Source: a virus (taxonomy: Duplodnaviria > Caudoviricetes). Taken from it: 60,347 nt of DNA. Below are positions 45,082 to 53,940 of the stretch, one piece after another (the first letter of the stretch is position 1; each line of letters opens with the position of its first letter). The position numbers were made by a program, and so were the translations under genes. Under the pieces are notes generated by a model. That model was not told where the DNA came from, ran no database searches, and saw only the letters and a list, made by a program, of their open reading frames with translations. The DNA lies in IMG/VR virus record IMGVR_UViG_3300045107_000842, positions 1 through 60,347 of that record. The stretch is one strand, 5' to 3'.

Positions 45082-47657
45082 GCCGCGTCCTCCGCATCGA
45101 TCAGGTCGAACAGGCTTGGCACCGCGAGCTCGGCTTCGGCGGCGCGCAGATAGACGACGGCGTCGGGGAAGTACTTGTGGCTCAGCTCGCAGCCCCAGCC
45201 GATCCGGCCGAGCTGAAGCGCGCGCAGCGGCACCGTGCCAAGGCCGGCGAAGGGGTCGAAGACCACGTCGCCCTTCATCGAAAACTGGATGATCAGCCGG
45301 TCGACGATGTCGAATTGCAGAGGGCAGAGGTGGTTCTCGCGCCCCGCTGCCGATTGCGCGCCGTTGAGCGTGCGCATGCGGGCGACGTCGGTCCAGACGT
45401 CGGGATGCCAGCTGTGCGGCGGGAAGAGCATGAAGGTGGCTGGCAGCCGCTGCGCCCGGTCCATCTCCTCGGCGATCGCCACGTGGCCGGCGAAGTCGTA
45501 GACCTCATCGAGCGACCGCTCGCGCCAGAGCCTGTAGAGCCGCTCATGCGGCAGGTCGCGCAACTCCTCGACCGACATGAGCCGGTCGCCGGAGGAGCGC
45601 ATCAGGGCATGCGCGTCCATCTGCCAGCGAGCCCGTGAGTAGCCGGTGCCGACGACCGGGCGCTTCCAGTTGAGGCGCTTGTCGAACGGCGCCGGCGCGC
45701 CGTTGTCGTCGCAGAGCGGCTTCTCCTTGACGACCGGCCGGTCGGCATAGCCGTTCGACCGGTCGGTCGGCGGCTTGCGGAACAGGAGAACATACTCCGG
45801 TGTGCCGCAGCCCATGCGGCTGCCGTCCTTGCACTGCTCGCTCCAGCCAAGCCGATAGGTCTGGTTGTTCTCCCTGACGACATCGGTGACCACCACCTTG
45901 CGGCCGAGGAACCCGAAGCCGTGCCGGCGGAAGTGGGCGACGCAATCGTCGGAGAAGGGCGAGAGCGTCTGGAAGCCGAGCCCCGTGAGGCCGCTCGGCA
46001 CGATCCGGTCCTTGACGTGCACCGCGGCGACCCGGCCGGGCTCGAGCACGCGCAGCAGCTCGGGCGTTAGGAAGTCCATCTGGCGCCAGAAATGCGCGTC
46101 GTCGTCGGTGTGCCCGAAATCGTTGTAGCTCGGCGTGTATTCGTACTGGGTGCTGAACGGGATCGAGGTGACGATCAGCCCGACGCTGTCGGCCGGCATC
46201 TCCCTCGTCTCCTCGACGCTGTCGTTGTTGACCAGGCGCCAGCCCTGCCCCGTCGCCTCGGCGCGCTTGACGCCGATGGACCGCGCCATGTTGCTGCCGA
46301 GCGCAAGCCGCGCCAGCCCATGCTCGCGGATGAGCGACGTCATCCGGGCGACCAGCTCGTCGTGCCGGCGCCACTTCGCCTCGAGCGCGCGGCGGATCTC
46401 CTCCTCCGCCTCGGAGTAGATCAGGTCGATGCGGACCGGCCGGTCCTGCAGAAATCGATGGATTCGGTGGATCGCCTGGACGAGGTCGCGGAACTTGAAC
46501 CCGATGCCGAGGAAGACCGCGTGCGCGCAATGGCGCTGCAGGTTGCAGCCGGCGCCGAGCATGACCGGCTTGGCGGCGAGCTCGGCCGCCTGGCCCTCGG
46601 CGAAGGCGATGATGCGCCGCTCGCGATCGTCCAGGTCCTGGCTGCCATGGACGCTGACGACGTTCGGGATCGCCGCCTCGATTGCCCGCCGCTCGTCCTC
46701 CAGGTCGTGCCAGATGATCCGGTGCGCCAGCGGGTCCTCGGCCCGGATCTCCATCAGCTTGGCGATCCGCGCGGGCAGGCTGTCCCGCTTCTCGCGGGCC
46801 GCCTCGCTGACACCGATGGCGGCGTTGCGGAACAGCCGCTCCTGCCCGTCGCGGGAGGTGCCGGCGCCACCGGCCGCGCTCGCGATGCGGTGCCAGCGGA
46901 TCTCGATGTCAGGCAGGTCGTAGCCGGCGTCGTCGAAGCCGAGGTCCGAGGGCCGCTGCAGGAACATCGCCCAGCTCGCCACCCACAGCCAGAACTCGCC
47001 CTCCTTGTGCGGATGGACGGTCAAGTTGTCGGCGTTCTCCGAATCGCGCTTGAAGAAGCGGGTCTTCGCCTGGCCGACATCCATGACGCCGAGGAATGCG
47101 GCATAGGCGAGCAGCTCGATGTACTCGTTGGGCGAGGGCGTCGCCGTGGCGACGAACCGATGCTTCACCCGCCCCTCGAAGAGCCGCATGAACTCGCGGA
47201 AGGTCTTCGTGCCGCCGAAGCCGCGCAGCACGGCCGCCTCGTCGAGGCTGGCGACGGTGAAGACCGCGGGGTCGAGCTTGCCGTCGCGCACCGTCTCGTA
47301 GTTGGTCAGGTAGATCCCGTCCGGACCGCACTCCTCGATCCGCCGGATAAAGCGAATGCCGATGCCGAGCATGGCGGCATCGCGGGCGAACTCCTGCCGC
47401 ACGCCGAGCGGCGCCACGATCAGCCCGCGGCCGCCCGCATGGGCGAGCGTCAGCCGCACCGTCTCAAGCTGGATCACCGTCTTGCCGAGGCCGAAGCTGC
47501 AGAAGATGGCGCGGCAGCCGCCGCGCACAGCCCATTGCACGATCGCCCGCTGATGCGGCTTGAGGGCCGGATGGATCTCCTCCGCTGCCACCTCGTAGCC
47601 GCCCAGCGGCGCCGCGACCGCCTTGGCCTCCAGGAAGGCGCGATAGTCGGTGCTCAT
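45078..47657 (-). CDS. SF2/SNF2-like helicase fused to an N4/N6 DNA methyltransferase
   Basis: GLGKT, LDEAA, ATATPSPN, QAIHRIHRF; then IVTSIPF, HLCPLQ, VFDPFAGLGT. Confidence 0.92.
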   Translation of the reverse strand: MSTDYRAFLEAKAVAAPLGGYEVAAEEIHPALKPHQRAIVQWAVRGGCRAIFCSFGLGKTVIQLETVRLTLAHAGGRGLIVAPLGVRQEFARDAAMLGIGIRFIRRIEECGPDGIYLTNYETVRDGKLDPAVFTVASLDEAAVLRGFGGTKTFREFMRLFEGRVKHRFVATATPSPNEYIELLAYAAFLGVMDVGQAKTRFFKRDSENADNLTVHPHKEGEFWLWVASWAMFLQRPSDLGFDDAGYDLPDIEIRWHRIASAAGGAGTSRDGQERLFRNAAIGVSEAAREKRDSLPARIAKLMEIRAEDPLAHRIIWHDLEDERRAIEAAIPNVVSVHGSQDLDDRERRIIAFAEGQAAELAAKPVMLGAGCNLQRHCAHAVFLGIGFKFRDLVQAIHRIHRFLQDRPVRIDLIYSEAEEEIRRALEAKWRRHDELVARMTSLIREHGLARLALGSNMARSIGVKRAEATGQGWRLVNNDSVEETREMPADSVGLIVTSIPFSTQYEYTPSYNDFGHTDDDAHFWRQMDFLTPELLRVLEPGRVAAVHVKDRIVPSGLTGLGFQTLSPFSDDCVAHFRRHGFGFLGRKVVVTDVVRENNQTYRLGWSEQCKDGSRMGCGTPEYVLLFRKPPTDRSNGYADRPVVKEKPLCDDNGAPAPFDKRLNWKRPVVGTGYSRARWQMDAHALMRSSGDRLMSVEELRDLPHERLYRLWRERSLDEVYDFAGHVAIAEEMDRAQRLPATFMLFPPHSWHPDVWTDVARMRTLNGAQSAAGRENHLCPLQFDIVDRLIIQFSMKGDVVFDPFAGLGTVPLRALQLGRIGWGCELSHKYFPDAVVYLRAAEAELAVPSLFDLIDAEDAA

Positions 47658-47755
47658 CCGATCACCAGCAGCACCAGCTTCCAGCCGGCCAGCGACAGCG
47701 CGATCCACCAGAGCGGCGCGCGTCCGATCGGCAGCGGCACCCGGGCGCGCCTCAC
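47654..47755 (-). CDS. Small single-TM protein, 33 aa (absent from the ORF track)
   Basis: MRRARVPLPIGRAPLWWIALSLAGWKLVLLVIG; GTGA and ATGA overlaps fill the gap exactly. Confidence 0.5.
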   Translation of the reverse strand: MRRARVPLPIGRAPLWWIALSLAGWKLVLLVIG

Positions 47756-48126
47756 TGCAGGTCCGCCCGCTGGCCCCAGCTCGCCGCCGCGGCGAGGCGT
47801 CGGCGATCGGCGAGCTGCGCGTCGCGCCCGGCGGCGTGCACCGGGCCGAGCACCGCCAGGACCTCACGGAGGCCGGCGACAACGTGGGCGAGATGGAGGG
47901 CCGGCGCGGCCAGGCCTCGCTCGGCGGCGACGGCGAGCTGACGCTGGAGGATCGGCAGCGTCTCGCCGGCGACGCCGGCCACCGCGGCCGCCAGGCGCTC
48001 GCGTCCGTCGCGGCCCTCGGCCGAGACGAACCCGTGCGCGGCCATGATCAGCTCGACCGCCGGCGAGAAGCCGCGCCCGGCGCCCGCCGATGCCTGATCC
48101 CCGATCTCGTTCATCTGGATCCTCAT
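47752..48126 (-). CDS. Hypothetical protein
   Basis: 124 aa; coupled to neighbours. Confidence 0.6.
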   Translation of the reverse strand: MRIQMNEIGDQASAGAGRGFSPAVELIMAAHGFVSAEGRDGRERLAAAVAGVAGETLPILQRQLAVAAERGLAAPALHLAHVVAGLREVLAVLGPVHAAGRDAQLADRRRLAAAASWGQRADLQ

Positions 48127-48605
48127 GCCGCCGGCAGCTCCTCATGGGGGTCGATGCGGCCATGGCCCTCGCTGGCGGGCGCGCCGGGCTTGCCGCTCGG
48201 CTGCTCGGCGCCGCGGACCCGCGCGCCATGCTCGGCGCAATAGGCCGTGCCCTTGAGCCGCGGGCGGTCGCACCAGCGGAAGCCGCGCTCGCCGACATCG
48301 CCATGGATCCACCGGCAACCCCGCGGCGCGGGCGTCCGGCCGACCGTCTCGAAGGGCGCCTCCAAGGGCGCGGTGCTCGGCCGCACCGGCTCGACCAGTC
48401 GCGGGCCGTCGGCCGGCCGTACCGCGCGCCGCTGGCTCCGCGGCTGGCCGATGTGGATGCCGGCGCGATGCGCGCGGCCCAGCACGGCGTTGCGCGTCAT
48501 CCCCATGCGCGCCGCGATCTCCGCGGCGCTGTGCCCCTCGGCCGCCAGCGCGCGCAGCCGGTCGAGCACCTGCTCCGGCGGGACGACGTCGGAGAGCTCG
48601 CTCAC
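48123..48605 (-). CDS. GcrA-family regulator
   Basis: LRALAAEGHSAAEIAARMGMTRNAVLGRAHR; CRWIHGD..FRWC..YCAEH. Confidence 0.88.
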   Translation of the reverse strand: MSELSDVVPPEQVLDRLRALAAEGHSAAEIAARMGMTRNAVLGRAHRAGIHIGQPRSQRRAVRPADGPRLVEPVRPSTAPLEAPFETVGRTPAPRGCRWIHGDVGERGFRWCDRPRLKGTAYCAEHGARVRGAEQPSGKPGAPASEGHGRIDPHEELPAA

Positions 48606-49087
48606 GCCGCACCCCCGCCGACGGCGGCCAAATGTGGGCGGCCGGCCTGCAGGGCGCAGAGCTTCTCGAGCGCGCGGCCGGCGGCCTCGACGATCGCCTG
48701 GGTGACGCGCCGGCACTCCTCGATCTCGGCGTGGCTGCGGACGCCGTCGCGCTCCATGGCCAGCACGCTCTCGGCCAGCCGCCCCAGGCCGGCCTGCAGG
48801 TCGGCGACGATCTCCAGCGGCTGCACCGGCGCCGGCGCCGCGCCGGACGGCACCAGGTCGCAGCCGGCCAGCCGCGCCAGCGTGCGCGTCACCACCGGCT
48901 CGCCGAGGGCCGCCTCGAGGTCCGCCACCACGCCGATCGGCGCGGTCATCTCGGCGTGCGAGAGCTGGTACTGCGAGAGCTGGCTCTTGCCGACGCTGGT
49001 CAGCGATGCTGCCGCCTCGAGGCCGCCGAGCTGGACGACGAGGAGCCGGGTCGCCTGCTTCAGCTGCTCGCGGCCGGTTGCGTTCAT
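48602..49087 (-). CDS. CII-like phage regulatory protein
   Basis: LKQATRLLV..GGLEAAA..VGKSQLSQY..PIGVVADLE..P.VTRTLA; downstream of cro. Confidence 0.65.
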   Translation of the reverse strand: MNATGREQLKQATRLLVVQLGGLEAAASLTSVGKSQLSQYQLSHAEMTAPIGVVADLEAALGEPVVTRTLARLAGCDLVPSGAAPAPVQPLEIVADLQAGLGRLAESVLAMERDGVRSHAEIEECRRVTQAIVEAAGRALEKLCALQAGRPHLAAVGGGAA

Positions 49088-49123
49088 CGGAAGCGTCCCT
49101 CCCCTTTCCGGATGCGATGCCGG

Positions 49124-49303
49124 TTAGACGTGGCCAGATTGACGGCGAAGTCGGGGCCGCGGTGCGCGGCACCAATCAGCGAGGACCGCCAGCATGCAGA
49201 CCGCGATCGGCGCGGCGCTCCACCACGCGCCGGCATGGACCTGGCGGCCGAACGCGACCGCGCCGGCCGCCTCGAGCGCGAGCCAGCAGAGCCACGCGAT
49301 CAC
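49124..49303 (-). CDS. Small membrane protein, 59 aa (absent from the ORF track)
   Basis: MIAWLCWLALEAAGAVAFG...; GTGA overlap with the upstream gene. Confidence 0.4.
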   Translation of the reverse strand: MIAWLCWLALEAAGAVAFGRQVHAGAWWSAAPIAVCMLAVLADWCRAPRPRLRRQSGHV

Positions 49304-49524
49304 GCGCCGCGCCTCCGCAGCCGCGCCCGCGCCTTCGCCTTGCGGCGGGCGGCGCGGTGATCGGCGCGATGCGGGAGAGGATGGCCGTGGCCGCGAACCG
49401 CGGCGCCGGTGCGGCGCGGCGACGGGCCGACCGGCAGGATCGGAAGCGGCATCGGGGCAAGCCGGCCCTGGCCCTGGGCCAGCAACGCGGCCACGATCCC
49501 GGCCATGAACAGGGGTCGCCTCAT
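49300..49524 (-). CDS. Small basic hypothetical protein
   Basis: ATGA overlap with the cro stop. Confidence 0.45.
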   Translation of the reverse strand: MRRPLFMAGIVAALLAQGQGRLAPMPLPILPVGPSPRRTGAAVRGHGHPLPHRADHRAARRKAKARARLRRRGA

Positions 49525-49754
49525 GCGCTCGCCTCCGCGAAGAAATCTGCCGGCGTTACCTCGATGCCGCGCTCGCGCGCCGCGGCCAGCGTCCGCCTCT
49601 GCTGGCGGGCGGGCACCAGCCCGCCGCGGCGCTTCCAGTGGGCGATGGTCGACTGCGTCGCGCCGATCGCCTCCGCCCAGCGGCCCTGGCCGCCGAACTT
49701 CGCGGCGATGCGGTCGATCGGGCTGTCGGAGGCCGCGGGCTCGGAGCTCGTCAT
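49521..49754 (-). CDS. Cro-like HTH repressor
   Basis: IAAKFGGQGRWAEAIGATQSTIAHWKRRGGLVP..PADFF; divergent from CI. Confidence 0.85.
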   Translation of the reverse strand: MTSSEPAASDSPIDRIAAKFGGQGRWAEAIGATQSTIAHWKRRGGLVPARQQRRTLAAARERGIEVTPADFFAEASA

Positions 49755-49770
49755 GGCCGCGGACCATAAT

Positions 49771-49830
49771 ATGGCGTTGCGCCATCGGTCAATGGCCAAT
49801 CGCCAAGGGAACGATATGGCGTCTCGACAT
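49771..49830. promoter_or_regulatory. OR-like triple operator and cro promoter
   Basis: ATGGCGTTGCGCCAT (49771-85), ATGGCCAATCGCCAA (49792-806), ATGGCGTCTCGACAT (49816-30); minus strand TTGACC -35 and an AT-rich -10 flank the first site. Confidence 0.8.
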
Positions 49831-49869
49831 ATCTTAACGGCGAGACTGTAGGATCGTGTTGGACCAGGG

Positions 49870-50586
49870 ATGCCCGAGCCGCGGATGGACATCGCCCAGC
49901 GCCTGAAGGCGGCCCGCGAGGCCGCTGGCAAGACCCAGCGCCAGGTCGCCGAGATCGCCTCGGTCGAGCAATCGACCTATGCGCACTGGGAAGGCGGAAT
50001 AAAGGCTCGACCCTCGCCGGAGAAAGTCGATATCATCGCTCGCGCGTTGGGTGTGTCGGCGGAATGGATCCTGTTCGGCCGAGGCGAGGGACCACAGAAG
50101 AAGAAGTCGCCGGATTCACCGGCGCAGCCCAGCCCGGGACCGGCCCCTCCTCTTGGGGGTCCGCTGCAGACGGTACCGATCGACCCCCACCGCCTGTCCA
50201 TCAAGGACCTGCCGGTCTACGGCAGCGCGCGCGGTGGTGTGGAGGGGGAATTGATCGACTACCAGGACCCGGTTGAGTTCAATTTCCGCCCGCCGGAGCT
50301 GGTCGGCGTCCGCGACGCGTTCGGCGTCTACGTGCTCGGCGACAGCATGCTCGAGAGATTTCGCCAGGGCGAGATCGTCTGGGTCCATCCCGGGCGCCGC
50401 CCAAACCGCGGCGACGACGTGGTGATCGTCTTCCACGATCACACCGCGCTCATCAAGCGGCTGGTCTCGACGAACGACGGTCATGTCGAGGTCGAGCAGC
50501 TCAACCCGCGGCAGAAGATCAAGCTGCCGCGCGACAAGATCTTCCGGATTTTCCGCATCATCGGCTCGATCGCCGCCGGCAACTGA
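49870..50586 (+). CDS. CI-like repressor (XRE HTH + S24 peptidase)
   Basis: RLKAAREAAGKTQRQVAE..YAHWE; VLGDSM..F..GE; LIKRL. Confidence 0.93.
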   Translation: MPEPRMDIAQRLKAAREAAGKTQRQVAEIASVEQSTYAHWEGGIKARPSPEKVDIIARALGVSAEWILFGRGEGPQKKKSPDSPAQPSPGPAPPLGGPLQTVPIDPHRLSIKDLPVYGSARGGVEGELIDYQDPVEFNFRPPELVGVRDAFGVYVLGDSMLERFRQGEIVWVHPGRRPNRGDDVVIVFHDHTALIKRLVSTNDGHVEVEQLNPRQKIKLPRDKIFRIFRIIGSIAAGN

Positions 50587-50675
50587 CCGGCGTCTCGGGT
50601 CGTCGCGATTCGCCGTCCGGCGGCGCCCGCCGGGCGCGCCGCGCCGGCTGCGCGCCATGACGGATGCTTGAGTTC

Positions 50676-50726
50676 ATGAAAAAACGCCATTGACAATATG
50701 GCGTATCGCCATTAGCTGTTATGGCG
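50676..50726 (+). promoter_or_regulatory. pL/OL-like promoter-operator
   Basis: TTGACA (50690-95)-N17-TAGCTG with the perfect operator ATGGCGTATCGCCAT (50698-712) in the spacer; half-sites on each side. Confidence 0.8.
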
Positions 50727-50811
50727 TCTCCTGTAACGAGACGCCTCCCTGTTGAAACTGGCCGGCCCGGCCCACGCGACCGGGCCGGCCCTTCTCCGGG
50801 ACACAAGCAGC

Positions 50812-51066
50812 TTGGCCGATCCCTCGATCCGCTACCCCGTCCAGCCCGCCCCGGTGCGCGACGCGATCTTCGCGATCCGCGACCAGGACGGCCGGATCCT
50901 GGTGTCGCGGATCTATGGCGAGGAGCCGGCGCGATTGGTCGCCCGCGCGCTCAACCTGCGCGGCGAAGAGGCGCTCGGGGCAATCGTCCGGGCGCTCGGC
51001 GACGCCGACCCGCTCGACCGGATCCGGGAGATCGCGACCCGCCATCTCGCCTACCTGACGGAGTGA
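50812..51066 (+). CDS. Hypothetical protein, first gene of the early + strand operon
   Basis: Within ORF 50752..51066; start uncertain (TTG 50812 chosen after the leader hairpins). Confidence 0.6.
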   Translation: MADPSIRYPVQPAPVRDAIFAIRDQDGRILVSRIYGEEPARLVARALNLRGEEALGAIVRALGDADPLDRIREIATRHLAYLTE

Positions 51067-51073
51067 CCCGCCG

Positions 51074-51400
51074 ATGCTGACCTACCGGCCATCCGCGCAA
51101 GCCCTGACCTATTCCGCCGTCGAGGACGGCGTCACCGCCTGGGGCGCCGCTCTCGCCCGCACCCAGGCCGAGCTCGCCGAGGCCGCTGCGCTGCTCGCCG
51201 CCGGCCTGCCGCCTTCGCCCGAACCCCCGCAGTCCGACGAGGCGGTGATCGCCCGCATGGCCGACACCATGGAGCAGCGCTGCGCCGGCAGCGGCGCCTG
51301 CAGCGAGAGCGACCTCGCCGCCGCCGGCTTCACCGCCGCGCAGATCACCCGCTTCGCCGACCGCGCCCGCGCGATCGCCGCGCGCCGCGAGATGGAGTGA
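51074..51400 (+). CDS. Hypothetical protein
   Basis: 108 aa; SESDLAAAGFTAAQI. Confidence 0.7.
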   Translation: MLTYRPSAQALTYSAVEDGVTAWGAALARTQAELAEAAALLAAGLPPSPEPPQSDEAVIARMADTMEQRCAGSGACSESDLAAAGFTAAQITRFADRARAIAARREME

Positions 51401-51407
51401 GGGCCGG

Positions 51408-51773
51408 ATGCCAGCGGACAGGGATCAGGGCACAGCCGCGGCGATGCCTGCGCACCGCAGGCCGACGCGGGAGCCATGGATTATCGATCGCGACGAGGAT
51501 CTCGACGAGATCAAGATCACCGCGCCGTTCCGACGCGGCATGGTGCCGATTGCCAAGGTCGAGATCGGCTATGACGGCAAGATCGGCGACGAGCAGGAGG
51601 CCAATGCGCGCCTGATCCGGGTCGCGCCGGCACTGCTCGCCTTCGCCCTGATCGTCCAGCGCCACCTGCCGGCCCTGGAGGCGCAGGGCATGATCGGCGA
51701 CGGCGATGCGATCGCGCTGCGCGAGGCGGTGACCGCGGTGACCGGCGGCCCCACCCGCGACGCGGGAGCTTGA
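51408..51773 (+). CDS. Hypothetical phage protein
   Basis: PTREPW...EANARLIRVAPALL motif common in phage early proteins. Confidence 0.75.
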   Translation: MPADRDQGTAAAMPAHRRPTREPWIIDRDEDLDEIKITAPFRRGMVPIAKVEIGYDGKIGDEQEANARLIRVAPALLAFALIVQRHLPALEAQGMIGDGDAIALREAVTAVTGGPTRDAGA

Positions 51774-51776
51774 GCC

Positions 51777-52136
51777 ATGCCCCTCGCTCCCGGAGACCAC
51801 GACCTGATCTCGGGCATCGCGAACAGGATGGCGCAGCCGGCGCCGCCGTCTCTCCCGCCGGCGCCGCGCGCCGACCTGCCAGACTACGATCGCCGCTTGG
51901 ACGCGATGATCGAGGCGCTGCGCGGGCGCGGCGTCGAGGGGCCGCTGGTCAGCGCTTCGCGGATGTCGGTCAGCCGCCGCTGGCTGGTAACCGTCGTCGC
52001 CGGCACCTTCCCGCCGGGCGCCTTCAAGGCCGAGCGGCTCGACGACGCCCTGGCGCTGGCCGAGGCGCATGTCGCTGCATTGCCGCCGGGGCCGCCGGCG
52101 CGGTTCGCGGCATCGGTGCGGCGGGAGATCGCCTGA
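51777..52136 (+). CDS. Hypothetical protein
   Basis: 119 aa in operon; GGGAG RBS. Confidence 0.6.
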   Translation: MPLAPGDHDLISGIANRMAQPAPPSLPPAPRADLPDYDRRLDAMIEALRGRGVEGPLVSASRMSVSRRWLVTVVAGTFPPGAFKAERLDDALALAEAHVAALPPGPPARFAASVRREIA

Positions 52137-52252
52137 TGCTGCGCGCCGCGCTCCGCGCCCCGCGCGCGCCCTTCACCGCCCGGGAGATGCTGGCGACCGC
52201 AGGGCTCGTCGCCCTGCTGGCCGAGCTGCTCGCCGCCTGGTGCATCTCCTGA
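52136..52252 (+). CDS. Small hydrophobic protein, 38 aa
   Basis: TGATG coupling at both ends. Confidence 0.45.
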   Translation: MLRAALRAPRAPFTAREMLATAGLVALLAELLAAWCIS

Positions 52253-52491
52253 TGGCCCACCTGATCGATTTCGCAGCGGAGCGCCGCGCCCGGCGCGGCC
52301 TCGTCCCCGCGCCGGCGCCACGCCAGCCCCTCGTCGAGATCGGCATGCGCGTGAAGATCGCCGATGGCCGCATCGGCGTCATCGTCAGCCTCGACGACCC
52401 CGGCTACGCCGCCGTGTGGATCAGCCCGCGCCATGTCCGCGTGCCGATCGTCGAGCTCGCGCCGGCGCCGCTGCCGGCCCAGCCGGCCTGA
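52252..52491 (+). CDS. Small SH3/KOW-like hypothetical protein
   Basis: IGMRVKIADGRIGVIVSLD; TGATG coupling. Confidence 0.55.
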   Translation: MAHLIDFAAERRARRGLVPAPAPRQPLVEIGMRVKIADGRIGVIVSLDDPGYAAVWISPRHVRVPIVELAPAPLPAQPA

Positions 52492-52508
52492 GGCGAACGG
52501 CGTTCGCC

Positions 52509-53786
52509 ATGGAGACACAGCCCGTGCCCGACCCCGCACAGACCGCCATCGCCGAGACCCTGCGCGCCGCCATGGCCGAGCGCGGCCTATCGCAGCGGGC
52601 GCTGGAACGCCAGGCCGGCCTGCCCGGCGGCACGGTCAGCCGCGTGCTCTCCGGCGAGCAGAGCGTGGCGCTCGACACAGCCACCAAGCTGGCGGCCGCG
52701 CTGGAGATCAGCGTCGACCGGCTGCTCGGCCGGTCGGCGTCGGCTGCCGAGACCGGACCGATTCGGCTGCTGGCGCTTGACTGGCTGGTGCCGTCGTCGC
52801 TGAACCCGCGGCGGACCTTCGATGCCGAAGCCCTGCAGCAGCTCGCCGACTCGATCGCCGCCGACGGGCTGCTGCAGAACCTGGTGGTGCGGCCGTTGCC
52901 GGCGCACTTGCCGGTTGGCGATAGCGGCATGTTTCAGGTGATCGCCGGCGAACGGCGCTATCGCGCGCTCTGCCTGCTGCGCGACGCCTTGCTGTGGAAT
53001 GCCGACGCTCCGGTCATCCCCTGCCGCGTGGTCGAGGCCGACGACGTCGAGGTCCGCGCGATCGCGCTGCTGGAGAACCTGCAGCGCGCCGACCTCAGCC
53101 CGCTCGAGGAGGCGCAGGCCTTCGACGCGCTCCGCCGCCTCGACGCGGAGCGCTGGACCACCGCCGCGATCGCCGAGCGCATCCATCGCAGCCAGCGTTT
53201 CGTCCAGCAGCGGCTGGCGCTGCTGAACCTCGACGATCCCGCCCGCGACGCGCTGGCCGAGGGCCGCATCGGCATCGAGCAGGCCCGCTCGCTGTCGAGC
53301 GAGCCGCCCGAGCGGCAGCGCGAGCTGCTCGACGAGCAGCCGCAGGACAAGGCGAAGCGCAAGACACCCGAGCCCGCGCCCGACGAGGACGCCGAGGCCG
53401 AGCGCGCGCGACAGCGCGAGGATGAGGCCGCGTTCTACCGCCAGCTCCAGGACGCGATGGCCGGCGGCACGCTGGTCGACCTCCTCGCCGCCTTCATGAT
53501 CGCCGAGATCGTCGCCAATGATGGCGTGCCGGAGCAGGCTGCTCGCCTGCTGGGCTTCGAGACGCCGCCCGACGACAGCGAGGAAGGCGCGATCCACGCC
53601 ATCTGGCGCAACCTGGCCGGCCAGCTCGCAGAGCGGCTGGCGCAGGGCGCCTCGATCTTCCTGGTCGAGGCGCTGCGCGCTGCGCAGGAGCAGCCGCTGC
53701 TGGCCGAGCTCGCCGACCACTACGGCGTGCCGGTTCCGCAGCATTGGGCACGCGGAGGCGCGGAGGAACAGGGTTCCGAGGCCTGA
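52509..53786 (+). CDS. XRE-HTH + ParB/RepB/Spo0J-family protein
   Basis: GLSQRALERQAG..VSRVLSG; NPRRTFD..LADSI..GLLQNLVVRP; IAGERRYRA; ENLQRADLSPLEEA. Confidence 0.9.
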   Translation: METQPVPDPAQTAIAETLRAAMAERGLSQRALERQAGLPGGTVSRVLSGEQSVALDTATKLAAALEISVDRLLGRSASAAETGPIRLLALDWLVPSSLNPRRTFDAEALQQLADSIAADGLLQNLVVRPLPAHLPVGDSGMFQVIAGERRYRALCLLRDALLWNADAPVIPCRVVEADDVEVRAIALLENLQRADLSPLEEAQAFDALRRLDAERWTTAAIAERIHRSQRFVQQRLALLNLDDPARDALAEGRIGIEQARSLSSEPPERQRELLDEQPQDKAKRKTPEPAPDEDAEAERARQREDEAAFYRQLQDAMAGGTLVDLLAAFMIAEIVANDGVPEQAARLLGFETPPDDSEEGAIHAIWRNLAGQLAERLAQGASIFLVEALRAAQEQPLLAELADHYGVPVPQHWARGGAEEQGSEA

Positions 53787-53940
53787 GGCCCGGAGCGGCC
53801 GACCCGGGCGCCCGGCCGATCAGGCGTCCGACCCACGAAAGAGAAAGGGGGAAAGCGGTTCAAGGAGGCACGGCTGAACAGGCGCAGGCGGCCGGGTTCC
53901 CCCAACCCCGGCCGCCACTCCTCCGCAACCGCGAGCCAGC

